The translations under genes and the position numbers were made by a program. This document shows positions 37,993 through 50,100 of a stretch of 64,000 nt of DNA, piece after piece. The stretch covers positions 1 through 64,000 of the forward strand of contig FLMG01000549.1 in assembly GCA_900088475.1 (NCBI GenBank), given 5' to 3'. Numbering within the stretch: position 1 is the stretch's first letter; every line of letters starts with the position of its first letter. Source of the stretch: Hyphochytrium catenoides. Its lineage: Eukaryota; Protista; Hyphochytriomycota. The notes under the pieces were generated by a model. It did no database searches. It saw only the letters and a list, made by a program, of their open reading frames with translations, and was not told where the DNA came from.

Positions 37993-38249
37993 GCCCAGTA
38001 AGCTTCATAATGTTACATGCTGCAACCATACGCCCAATCTTCTTATCACGCAACAGCCCACATCATGAGCCGAATCATTGTCACTCAAGTTATCGCTCCT
38101 AAGGGAACGGGAGCAGACGAGAACGGTAAACTTTCATTAGCTCTCTTCCCACCTAATGCGTTCTGTTCTGTTGTATAATATGAATGCTTATCTCTATTGT
38201 ACCAAAACGAACGCTGCCCTCCCAGCTCTGACCCTGTAAAGACTCCATG

Positions 38250-38950
38250 ACTCCTTCAAGAAGAATTATTATTTCCTAACCCCCCAGCAGGAGGACAGCA
38301 ACATACGCAGTTCAATGACTAAGTGACCAATCCTTGTCTGTCCATCACTACCTTGGTACCGCTCAAAGGGCAATTGTGGACTCGTTCCTCCCAGAAATTC
38401 CCTCCTTCTTCTTTACGTACTCAACTCTTCTTCGTCGTCAACGACCTAATTCCTTACTGGACCTCCGTCTGCCTTACCTCTGAATGAAAGAAGCCGTAGT
38501 TGAGCTAAACTTCGTCGTGATGCTTCTCTCACCAAGGCCTCTTCACTGAGAGCTTATTCCTACTACCCTCCCGGCGGTGAAGTAGCTGATTCCTCCCTCA
38601 TTCTAAAAGTCTGCTCTCGCCTGTTGCGTCATCTTCTGAAAGTCGAAAGGGCTGACAACCCCATCCTATCACTCTCCTAGTCCACTGATCTCTTCTATTT
38701 TTTTAGACCTAACGCTCTCTCAATTTAGCTCATGTCCATGTCGGATTAACCTTTTTTCTCTGTACTCCACACTCATTCAGTTGTAGACCAAATCCTTCTC
38801 CCAAGAGTCAATTGCCCAAATCCACGGTCTGTCCTCGCAGAACACTATCCATCCGTAGTAAGCCAACATGGTGGTCTTGGTTGTCCAGGCACAACTATGA
38901 ACCCACATCAGGAGTTGCTGTCAGACCTGACCTGACGATGCCAAGGCAAC
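38250..38950 (-). pseudogene. Decayed coding-like sequence
   Basis: Minus strand reads as a purine-rich frame broken by many stops (e.g. DGVVSPFDFQKMTQQARADF*). No intact ORF. Confidence 0.2.
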
Positions 38951-39610
38951 AATCTTATGACAGCTGGTAATGAGAAGTGCTATTGATGCTTGTTTGCGAG
39001 TAGTGAAGTCGCTATCACGAGCAATCTACCATCAGCTCAAGCATCTCCCAAGAAGGTTCCTCTCAACGGCTGGCATCATCAGTGATGATAAAGAAGATTA
39101 GGTACTTACTCGGAGTATATATTACCTTTGCGATGATGGGGAGAGCTTGCCCTGCTTGAGGCCGAGGCTTGCACTGACAAAAAGCTCTCAACAAGCAGCA
39201 GCGAACCCACGGTGGCGAAGAAACAAGCCTGGCGCCTGATGAAAGGTCATGATGAGTCACCTACAGCAGCAGCAGCCCCTCCGAACCCTTCAGCAGTACA
39301 CTGGTAGTAAGGGGATCTGATGCTGTCATCTGTCCTCCCTTCACCTGTTTGGTGGCAGTGAGCTGTGAGAGAGAAGAAGTTGAGAACACCCATCCCAAAG
39401 AGTTCAGAGGCGTTGGTTACTCCTTCCTAGATCCTTGATCCCTAGACCTGCTACAGGTAGTTCTACCTTCACAACAAGAGAGACAGGAGACCAAGAGGAG
39501 GTGTGCGCGCCGCATCATCAATCGTCTTTGGGCCCATCCAAGCCTAAAATTTCGGCAGAGGGCAGGGACGGTGGCACCACTCCTGATGAACATACAGAAA
39601 GGATGTACAG

Positions 39611-39638
39611 TAACCCTAACCCCTAACCCCTAACCCTA
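39611..39638. repeat. Interstitial telomere-like repeat (TAACCC/TAACCCC x4)
   Basis: taaccc-taacccc-taacccc-taaccc-ta, i.e. TTAGGG/TTAGGGG on the minus strand. Confidence 0.75.
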
Positions 39639-40314
39639 GGAACCTAATAAAAAACGAGACCTCATTGTGTATGTGTCGTTCCTACAAAAGCCTTGTAACA
39701 CCGAACAGTAGCAGTGGTAATGGCCTCATGAAGGTGGAATACAAAAGTAATAAGGCAGCGTCAAAAATAGTACTCCGCTCCTGGGGGAGTGATGAAACTT
39801 TTTATTCATCAGGCTTCTGAATCAGGAAGTAAAGATGGGTGGGAAGCGCCAGCGACCCACAGATTCTGTCAGGGGGTGGGTGGGTTGGTTCACCCTTGAA
39901 ACTGTCTCTACTTCACAAGGTGGCCGCGCGCCGCTGTCACCCGGCCACCAAGAGACAACAAAACAAAGTGAGAACAGGCGTGAAGAGCAGCGAGCTGATG
40001 ATGATGATTCCTCAATGAAGCCCCTGAGTCATAATGTAGCTGCAACCTCTCTGACCAAAAGAGTTTTGCTTTTCGAGGCCCGATAGCAGCACGACAATCT
40101 CTACATGCAGTATTAGCGGACAACCTCAACCAAGCTCCAATACCAGCTTTTCGCAATCTTCATACAAGGCCCAACGCTTAGCCGTGAACTTGGAACTTCT
40201 TGACAAGAGCACCACCGATTCGTGGTCCCCTAAGCTGGCCCGTGTGCCTAGAGTCTATCGCCCACTGCCACTCGAGCACCGGTCAAGAACTCAATTAGCG
40301 TGGCGAAAGGGGTG

Positions 40315-41022
40315 ATGGAGGGATATTTGATCAAGTACTCGGGACTTCAGTTTGGGTACGATTTGACACCGCAGGGAGAACCTCATGTGGAGACATCGTC
40401 TACGTATCGGCTGAAGCAGTCTGTTTGCTATTTCCTTTTGAAGGATGAAGGACGGCTAGAATACTATGACGACAAGGGCGGTGCTTTAGTAGGCGAGTTT
40501 CAGATATCGGGCACAAGTTTTCGCACAAGGACACTGCCAGATTCAGGGAAACTGAAGCATGCATTTCTTCTCAAGTGCATCAAGGTTCAGCGTAATCCCC
40601 TGACCAATAGGGTAGTGCTCGGAAAGTCTAGCTGTTTGGCCCTCGGGGCGCCTAGCGAAGAGGAGAAGCGCAAGTGGCTATACAGCCTTAAAACCTGGAA
40701 TCGATCCTTTTTCAAAGACGGTGCCGCAACTGATGAAACGGTTATGTTGGCGCAGAAGTATGTGCTGATTGCTAGGGTTGGAGGTCGAGCGCTCCAGGGC
40801 CTGACATCCGCCACAAGGTCCAGCAGTTTTCGTGCAGCGAAGCTAAGTGACGTGACGATGGAGTCTCCGATTAATACTTGCTCGTCATCATCAACCTCGA
40901 GCGCGGCGGGAAGTCCTGAGGGAACTGACCAGAAAGCGAACTCATCGGGGCTGCAATCTGCTTCCAATAATGGGAGCAAGCGTAAGATTAGCTCCTTTCT
41001 TTTGGGGATGGGGAAGCGATGA
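40315..41022 (+). CDS. PH-domain protein with Ser-rich tail, intronless
   Basis: MEGYLIK (beta1), YFLLKDEGRLEYYDD, and LALGAPSEEEKRKWLYSL (PH C-terminal helix with Trp). Confidence 0.85.
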   Translation: MEGYLIKYSGLQFGYDLTPQGEPHVETSSTYRLKQSVCYFLLKDEGRLEYYDDKGGALVGEFQISGTSFRTRTLPDSGKLKHAFLLKCIKVQRNPLTNRVVLGKSSCLALGAPSEEEKRKWLYSLKTWNRSFFKDGAATDETVMLAQKYVLIARVGGRALQGLTSATRSSSFRAAKLSDVTMESPINTCSSSSTSSAAGSPEGTDQKANSSGLQSASNNGSKRKISSFLLGMGKR

Positions 41023-41149
41023 CAACCCCCGTGTTAGAATCGCCTAGATTCAGTACTCTCTCACTTTTCAAAAGCGGCATACATTTTTAGTGGCTGATGG
41101 TATTTATTGCGTCTGCTTTCCATAGAAGGTGGGTGCGTCTATAATATAT

Positions 41150-42700
41150 TATGGCGGAGTTATGTGAGTTCTGGCCAAATCTATTCGTATTCAGAGAGGA
41201 GAGGGTTGGCTGTCCACGTCTTTGAGTTTATGTGGCTAAGGCAACTGACATTGCCACCCTTACAATTTACTCTTTCATCCACTGTCATTGACGATGAATT
41301 GCGATCCTTGTCGAGGTTCAGGCAGGTAATGCAAGATCCCAGTCCCTGCAAAGGGGAAAAATGTATCATGCGCAACTCATCCGAGAGTGAGAGGGCCAAT
41401 GTCTTCATCGCGGCAAGTAGTTCCCTTGAACCCTTATTAGCTCCCCGTCCCTGTATATCGGATAAAAGAACTACTTAAAGGTCTTTAGTGCAATAGACAA
41501 CGATCTCCGACGAGGTGGAATGACAGAGATAAGAGAGTTGTCTGACGAATGTCGACAACAAGGAGGGTGAGCACAAGTGACGGCATCACGCTGTCCGCAA
41601 GTTAGTATATTTTGTGGCAGCTCGGAGATGGTGCTCCCATTAAGACGTGGTTTGGATACGAAACCGTTCTGTCTCTCGAAATGGTGTCCTTGTCAAAAAC
41701 TCTAGCCCTTTTGACTAGCATTCCCGCTGCCTATCGTCACCTATGTTCTTCCCAGTCACTCACTCAGAAACTAACATTCATCTCGACAAAACCTTAACAG
41801 GGGCCATGGTGTAAGGTCAGCTCTCCTTTCCTGCTTCGATGCATCTAGTCGCCATTGACCACCCGGTAGCTTACCTCGAAAGTATTGACGCGCATTTGTC
41901 AACTACTGTTAGCACTACTAGTATCAAACAATATTCCATCAGTAGAGGGACCATCGCCAAGAAAGGTATAACTATTCCATTGGATGTCGTTCGCGATCCT
42001 CAAAAATAGGGGGAAATGGATGATACTGATACTTGGGCCCTTTACTACGCATAAGCAGTCTTATGTTTTGGCGATGAAGAGTCAAGCCTGGAGAAGTGAG
42101 CCAAGTCGACTGGAAGGTGCAACGTAACCCCTAAGTGACTGGAGTTGTCAACCACCAAGGCAGCTGCTGACGACTTAGCGGAGTCGTTATGTTAGCTATT
42201 GTCCATCTACTGCGATCCGACTGCACCACTTGGTTAGCAGTTTGACGACTGCACCACTTGGTTAGCAGTTTGACCCACTATATTGACGACATCTTTCATT
42301 TCTCCAAATATGCTTCCCGCCGCATCCCTTGACCACATTAACATCAATCGTTCGTCCCCTCTGCTCATCACTTTCCACTGAGCGACGTCTTATTAGGCTT
42401 CCTCTGCGCGTAGGTACCCGGTGGTGGACCCTCTAGTTCTGAAGGCTCCTGGTGACTAGTTCTGTCCTCTGTCCGCTTGATCATCCCGCGCAGGCTCCAG
42501 TAAGCAGGCTCCGAATCTCCGGATGGGAGCCGATAGAATTCAAATTATACAGCAATGATGGGCCTATCAACGGCTACACAGGAGCAACCATGACACCAAC
42601 AGTCACACACTACTACATGCTAAGCGCCATCTTGCGGACTTTACAATATTGAACCTGAAAGCTCTTTCCCCATGAGGGTCCGTTAATTTGTATTTGTACA
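41150..42700 (-). pseudogene. Possible decayed LRR-like gene
   Basis: Fragments TISELPQNIL, LTLLVVDI / SDNSLISVIPP (frameshifted) and ITCLNLDKD; retained splice-like sites (ttcgag|gtaagc); many stops. Confidence 0.25.
42218..42273. repeat. Perfect 28-bp tandem duplication
   Basis: cgactgcaccacttggttagcagtttga x2. Confidence 0.95.
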
Positions 42701-43251
42701 AGACAGGCATAATGTTCTGGTAGTTGGGTCACTACGCATCGATATTTATTTTTTTCAAATCTGCCTTCATTTTGTTCAACGCTGGTCCATCTCTCGTCTG
42801 TCGCTGCATCGGATGATGATGCTTCACTGGGCAGCAAGCGCGCCGTGAGATGTCTGGCGCTGCATCGGATGTAGAACCAGCAACATCAACGACAGGGCAC
42901 GTGAGGGCAACAAGAAGAGGACAGGAAGAGCATCAGCTCGTGAAATAGAGGCACTCAGTAGTCTTAATGTGCTGCGTGCCCTGTGCCATACCTGGGCTCC
43001 ACTAGCGGGCCCATCGTAACTGGCAGCAACTGTGGTGCGATTCAGAGGCTTCCTATCCCTTCAAGGTGATAGATGCTTGAAGACTAGAGGAACAGGGTCC
43101 ACCCTTCCGTGGCCGACAATTGATCTTTCCTCGCAGTTACAACTCCAAGTACCGGCACGGGTATTGAAGGGCTTCTTCAGTGTTTCATTGATAGCAGAGG
43201 ATGACTCGATCGCGACGAGCCACGACTGTCGCGGCGTCACTAGCCAGTGAA

Positions 43252-46200
43252 ATGGCGCATAAACAGCAAAAAGCTTCTACATCGAAAAAGGGAGCTGGCA
43301 AGGTCATGCACCTTACCTGTAGTCTTAATCCTTCTCAGCTTGGATGCTTACCTACCTGTTCCCACAGCCAGCAGACCCTACCAACGCAATGCCGTCGGAC
43401 TCCGTCGTTTCGCGGACAGGGAAGGTAAATGCCAAGGCTGTAGGTGCCACAGATGTGCTTGCATTTCTCATTGTGCTGCCTTCTACCTATAGGCCGCAGC
43501 CATAGCCACTCGATCTGCTTCCCCTCGACCTGTCAAGCATCCAGGGCCCTCACCAAGCAATCCATCAAGAAACCAGGTAGAGCCAGGATTAGAGCTATTC
43601 CAGTCTATCGGACGCCTTGGCAGCCATTCATTAGAGCTTCTCTTCTCTCCATGTCTCTGGCACGACTTCTCCCCCATCGTGCCTTTACACCCTTTTACTT
43701 CTCAACACCCTTCACCTCTCCCATACCTGCCCTATCGCCCGTCACTTTTACAGCTTCTCGCATTGGCATCGCCCATGGTCTTTCCATGTTCTTCTCTCCA
43801 ATAGCCCTGACCAAATTCAAACTGCTATCCTACATCGTTCAATCCCTACTGCTTAGTCCAAGCTTAGGGCCGCTTCACCTAGAGAGTCAAAGACTCTTGC
43901 AAATAGTAAGCTCAAGCCCATGGTGGCGCCCAAAAAAGATGATGACAAGAAGATTGTGACCACTCCGAGTGCTCGAAAGCGAGCTGCCAAACTTCCGCCC
44001 TCCGCAAAGAGACTCCGGGAAGGAGAAGACGGACGTTCTACCCCGGCTAAGAAGACCAAGGTGGCGGGGGTCCGAGCAGCCTCCAAAACTGCGGATGCCG
44101 AAACAGGCAAGAAGAGCACGAAAAAAGCAGCGAAAGGCAAAGCATCAAAACCTGTTATTGGAAATTCACAATCAAAGAAAGGGGTTAGTCAAGCAGGGTC
44201 AAAGGCCGCGCCATCTAAACTCCGGCCTGTCGAGGGGTCAGGCAAGAAAGGAAAGAACGCTGCAACTTCCACAACCCCACCTGCAAAGGCCCAGGACGGG
44301 GAAGGACTACATAAGAAGAAGAAGAAGAAGAAGGCAGTTGAACCTGNNNNNNNNNNNNNNNNNNNNNNNNNNNNNNNNNNNNNNNNNNNNNNNNNNNNNN
44401 NNNNNNNNNNNNNNNNNNNNNNNNNNNNNNNNNNNNNNTCAGGTCCCGTCGGTACACCTCAAGGTGAAGTGCATGAGTTCCAGATCTGGGAAGAGTGAGG
44501 GCTAGAAAGGTAGAGGGCACCAATAGGGAGAGGACCGTGGGGTGTTAGAGTCAGGCTGCCCACGGTGCACACGTTTATGTTGATAAGTGAGCTCTGCGGG
44601 AGGCTTGTTCCGGTAAAGTTAGGGTATCTGAACGGCACGTGGCAACCGGACTGTGCTCACATACCAAAATCTGTCAACAGGTGCATTGCAGGGTCGTCCT
44701 CAGCCTTGGCAGATGCCTGGCATGATGTCTGCGGGTGGCCTCATGAGTCCCATGGGCTTCCCATTGATGATGATGGGGACACCCACTAGTGGAGGATATG
44801 GAGTCTTTGGGCCTCAAATTAGCAATGGTGGGATGTTCATCTGCCAGTTCTGGGGCAGCTCTCTTAACATGGCGCTGCAACAGGTGATTTTTTTTTTATC
44901 TCTCCTACCTCGCCGTAGGTGCCGTCCATTTCTACCTACGGCTATCCTGCGCGTGACCGCTCAGCCACCTTGATGTGGGTACTGTGCTACTGACCTATGG
45001 GTGTTTACATGTTGGGCAGGTGGATGACAAAGTGGCTATATCAGGTTTCACGAAGACAGAGACCGGTGGCATAGGAGAAGCAGAGGCAAGTGGGAAGGTG
45101 GCGGTTGGGGACATCCTGGTGGCTATTAATCATAATGCCAATGGAATGGGCCACTTAGACACAGTAGTTGAGGCGCTGAGGTCATCACCCCGCCCGGTCA
45201 TCTTGACTTTCAAAAGGTAATATTGAGCTCGTCCATTCTCCTTTTACTGCCTTTGTCTCCCACAACTTTCATTTGGTTGACTGTTGCGTTCCGTTTGTTT
45301 CCACACCCAATGAGATGGAGATTTGACAGTTGACCTGATACTGTCGTCGTTCCACTGGTTTAGGATGGCCTCAGAAGGAGCTCCACAGATACCCGAGGCA
45401 GTAGGCTATCCCTCTTTCTACCCCCCACCTGCTGCTGCTTCCTACCCCACCTCCTGGGCTTCGGCGCTTCCATCTGCTCCATCTAATCTAGTCCCAGTCG
45501 CGGGGCCCTCAGGGGCTGGTATGCCCTCCTCGGGTGGGATGCCCACGAATCCCTTATTGACCACAGCGGAAGTGCCAGTGACGAACATGAAGAGTAAGGT
45601 AAAGTCCAAGCCTTCAAAGGCCAAAGCTAAGGCAAGCAGACCGTCGACACCTAGTGGTGCGAAGGTTTCTCGTAAGAGCGACCCTGTCAAACAGAGGCCT
45701 AAAAAAGGACCCGCCGCTAAGGAGAAGGCCAAGGGGTCAAAGCAGCCTGGAAAGAATTCTAAACTTCCTGGGGTACTTGAGAGAGAAGCACAGTCGAAGC
45801 CAGGCCCGAAACCTCAGCGTCTTGTTAGCCAGAATCAAAAAGAGCCACCCTCCAGCAGTCAGGAGAATTATGGCAGCATCACTAAGCCTGACGTTTCAGA
45901 AATGTCTGGGAGCACCAAAATCGCTCCAACAAGTGCTGCATATTCTCCAGCGAAGCCTTCAAAGCAACCCTCAGTATCCAACACTGGAGGTGGGAAGACG
46001 TCAACTCCAGCACTAAAGCCGGGACCACCGCCTGTAAATGTTTCCAAGTTGACTGCTAGTCCGGCCCCTAAGGCAGCTGACGTCAAACCCAGCCCACCGC
46101 CGGCCAAAAGGCCACTAGCTCCTAACCTTGGCTCTCCGGTCTACCAACCAGAGACAGTATCTGCACAAGTCACGGTATGTAAAGGAAAAATGAGGCTCGA

Positions 46201-46895
46201 GTCTACTCTTTCGCACTTATATGCTTTATCCTGCGGTCGCCCTAAAAGGACGGAAGCACCCACTCCTCATCTTGAATAGAAGAGTAGCTCCAGTCATTTA
46301 TTTCGTCTTTGAGGTCCTTTAAGGAATGTTGACACGGGGCTTGATTGTCTAGGTTACAACGGATTCTCTGTATCTCACCTTGCAGTTTTCTACGAGTAGG
46401 CGGGTGCTGGTCGGGGGTTTCCTAGACTCAAGGAGTACGCCTACAGGGGTCGGCGAGATAGAAAGTAGTGGAAAGGTTCAAATCGGAGACATCCTGTATG
46501 CCATTAACGAAAGACCTTTCCATGGTAAGGACTGTGATACCCTTCTCTGCACCTGCCTTACTCACCCTACATGGCGCCCTCTCTCTTTACCGAACGGGCC
46601 GGCCATGTAACCTTCTGTTCGCTTTTCACATCCTCTTCGAAGTGGTCAATACACCGATATTATTATTGCCCCTTGGTAGCCATCCATGGCTGCTTACACG
46701 ACCTCCTTTCACTTTACAGGCCTCGTGACGTTATCGGAATGTGTTGAACGAATAAAAAGCACCCCCAGGCCCATGCGGCTGTCCTTTCAGAGACCTGGGG
46801 AGCGAGGAGTTCCTGGGATCCCCGAGGGACTGATTGCTTCCGTTTTGAGCAAGAACAAAAGCTCTGCCACTCCGGTGAAGCCTTCTCCGCGATAA
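43252..46895 (+). CDS. Lys/Pro-rich protein with two PDZ-like domains (multi-exon; N gap 44347-44438; 3' end uncertain)
   Basis: Two repeats: VAISGF..GEAEASGKVAVGDILVAIN..VVEALRSSPRPVILTFKR and VLVGGF..GEIESSGKVQIGDILYAIN..CVERIKSTPRPMRLSFQR; basic histone-H1-like low-complexity regions. Confidence 0.75.
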
Positions 46896-47194
46896 CTATA
46901 ACACTCGTCCCTCATCTCTTTGCTACGTGTTGGGCCATATTAACGATTTCCTGAATAAAGCTTGTAATCTATACATCATACATGTAAGCCCTTCAATGGG
47001 GTGCCTCTCTCATCTACCCCAGATGGAATGATGGATAGTCCTTTCATGTCGCCACCCCCTTCGCATTATTAGTCTGCCAAGCCGCGTGACTACCGTCTGC
47101 TCCCCAATATGAGGGTCTGAAAATCAGATGTAAAACTAGTTCCTTGCTAAACGAGAGGCTGGCGCTTGAATATTGTCGCATGCCACGAGTAATT

Positions 47195-50100
47195 TTATAG
47201 AGATGTTCTCCTGTTCTTCCGAAGTCTCATCCTGGATCCTACCAACTGACTCTCGTCGATGTCGAGGATACCATCCATTCCAAAGTCTTCACCACTCCCA
47301 GCATCTAGAGAGGATCTACTAATGGGAGAGTCGTAGGTGCCTCGAACTTTGGAAGGAAGGTCTCGGAGAGCCTATAAGGAACAACAAAGCGCCAAAAAGG
47401 TGTGGGGAAGGTCAGATACAAGTCGCAAGGCAAAAATACATCAGGACGGTCCAAGACTGATTTCGTTCATAGAGTAATAAGTTGCAAAAGAGCCTAGAGT
47501 CCTTGGCCCACGATTGCGGAGTATTGATTAAGAATGTGCGTGGACAAGTGAATGAGGACCCTGATCACGAGCACGCCAATACCAGGCCCATGAGTATACG
47601 CGGAATCTCAATTTATGCAAGGTATGGGTAAAGTAAGGGAAGAGGTGTCAAAAGGCCCCGCACTCCTACCTGTTCTTCCGTAACTCTATCGGACAACCAA
47701 CAAATGAGGGCCTTCATCACAGGCTGGTAGTTCTCTGCCAGCTCTACCAACTCTTCCCGATGCATATGAAGAAGAATTGTAGGCGACAATGCCACCGCGG
47801 AAGTTAGGTAGGTTGCTTCAGGGACGATGGACATCTCCCCAAAGCAACCCCCCTTAGCTAGGGAGGCAACGACTGTCTTTGGAATGGTCGGAGGGACGTC
47901 GGACAGCAGGCTTTCAGCAGAGCCTTTTGATGGGGAAGATGCCAATAAGTTTTCCCTGATAACCGATATCTCTACTGCTCCTTCTACAATTATGTAGATG
48001 TACTCAGCAGCCTCTCCTTCGCAGTAAATCATCTCCCCTGCTTCGTACATGCGCTCATGAGAAATTTTTGAGACAATTGTCACCTAAACGCAGAAATGGT
48101 TAGACCGATAAAGGAATAGAATGAGGCGGGAGGACGGCCGGGGACTGAGGCCCCGATGCTAATAGAAGAATCAGCCTAAAGCTGTAGACAGACTACCGCA
48201 AAAAGATGTACCCTTGCTGGAGACACCCAGTAGTGCAGGAGGGTGTTGGTAGTACGAAAGGTTAGCTATTAATTGAGCAACGAGCAGCCAGCATTATTGA
48301 GCAGAGATAAAACTCTGGGCAGAGAGTTCCTGTAAAAGTTCAGCAAAAGAATACAAAGGAGCCTTGAGGTATAGAAGATTCTGTGAAGCTTGGAGTAAGA
48401 GGATGGCGAGGGACTACGAGGATTATGAGACCTGAGCATCATTTAATGCCTGGAAGAGGGAAGAACCCTTCAGACAGAGGCATTTTTCCAAGGTAGAAAA
48501 CGAGGCACCAGGTCCGGCGAGCTGGTATTTTATATTTGGCGAGGGAACTTCGCCGTCCGATATTTCAGGATTATGAGAAGTTGAATAACAGTCATCAGGG
48601 CTTAAGGAAGTAGCTCCAGCCATATGGACTGAGCGAGGGAGCCCAAACTGCAGTATTACAAAAAGAAGTGGGGAACATGAATAAGTTCGCTCGATGAAGG
48701 CAAAAGACGGACTCTACCCAAGTCCGAGGGAATATGTCTCCCTTGCGGGGCTAACTTACCAGCAGTCCTGCCGACCGATCGTGTGTCTGATGGTGCCTCA
48801 TCAGAAGGAAACTATCTTGTCTCTCCAAAGCGGAATGGATGGGACGGGCTGTCACCGTTAAGGATCGCGGCCGATTGTTCTTACAACCGCGGAAAGCCAT
48901 TATCAGGGAGGTAAAGAAGTCGGAACATGGACAAGGAAGTAAGTCAGTCTATCAGTCCAAGATAGGTCGAACCAGCGGCAGTGACCTTATTACCAGTAAG
49001 GGCTGACCGCCTTGGTAGGGACCAAGTTATAACCTTTCATTAAGCCCCTCCCTCTCGTTGTCAGCTGTTCATACCTTGGCATCCATACAGACTGCCTGGT
49101 TACCATAAGTGGGAGCCTTTGGCGGCTCCCACGCTCTATCAGCATCACCAGAAGTCATCTTAGTAGGGCTACTCTGCGAATGACCTCGTCCCTCCTCTTC
49201 ATGGTTCTGGACTGCGGACGTCTCTGCGGCTTGTCGGCCTTCCAACTTCCTGTACGTATCTGCACCGAAAAGAGATCTTTCGTAGCCTTCATGAGTCAAA
49301 CTCACTCTGAGGATGGTGCCCTTTTCTCTGACCCCAGTCTACTCAGAATCATGACGAGAGCACAGATCGCATTCAACCGCCTTCAGAAAAGGTACCCAAT
49401 CAACAAAATTCGAGAACGCAGAAGTTGCGTTGACACCAGTCTCCTGATCACTTGCCCTTCTTACCTTCTGCGGCTCCGACCAAGAACTTCCAGGAACGTT
49501 CTAGCCGCCATATCCACCTTAGCGGCGAGTCTTACTTTCTGGGTTAAGTCGCCACTCTCAGGCTGACGAGAAACGACGCTCTGTTGCCTTATCATGCGGC
49601 TCATACGCTTGTTTTGCAAGTCTTGGAAGGAGCTGCAGAACGGAATTTTGGTTTCAGACTTGGCGGAGTACGGAACATCATTCCATTCCCATGTTCCCTT
49701 CATCTCTCGTTCTCCATTATAGATAAACATGCTGCCAGGAGAGCTACCTCACTCCGGATTAAGTCTCACTCAGTCATGGCAGAAGAATTAGGCTGGTTTT
49801 GGATATGGGCCTCCCTTGGTGAGGTTACCTCTTACCTTCCAGTGGAGGGCGACACCCTGGGTTGATGGAGGCTAGTGGGGGTCAGAAGTGGAACTGCTGT
49901 ATAAGGAGTAGGATGTTGGTCTGAAAAGTTTCCCTCAGCATATGCTTCTATGTCAAGCTGGTCTGACCTTCAATTGGCATGGTGCTGTCAGAGTCGTTTA
50001 CATTCCTAAGAACCTCAGCCTGCAGCTGAGTTGTGAGCATCCCCAACACGCCCCGTGTGATTGGGACTGAAGATGTCATTAACTCTTCGAGGGCAGTCCT

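Noticed and set aside
39789-39820. C/D box snoRNA (GTGATGA...CTGA)
   Set aside because: Only ~30 nt long with no recognisable rRNA guide; better explained as a short hairpin.
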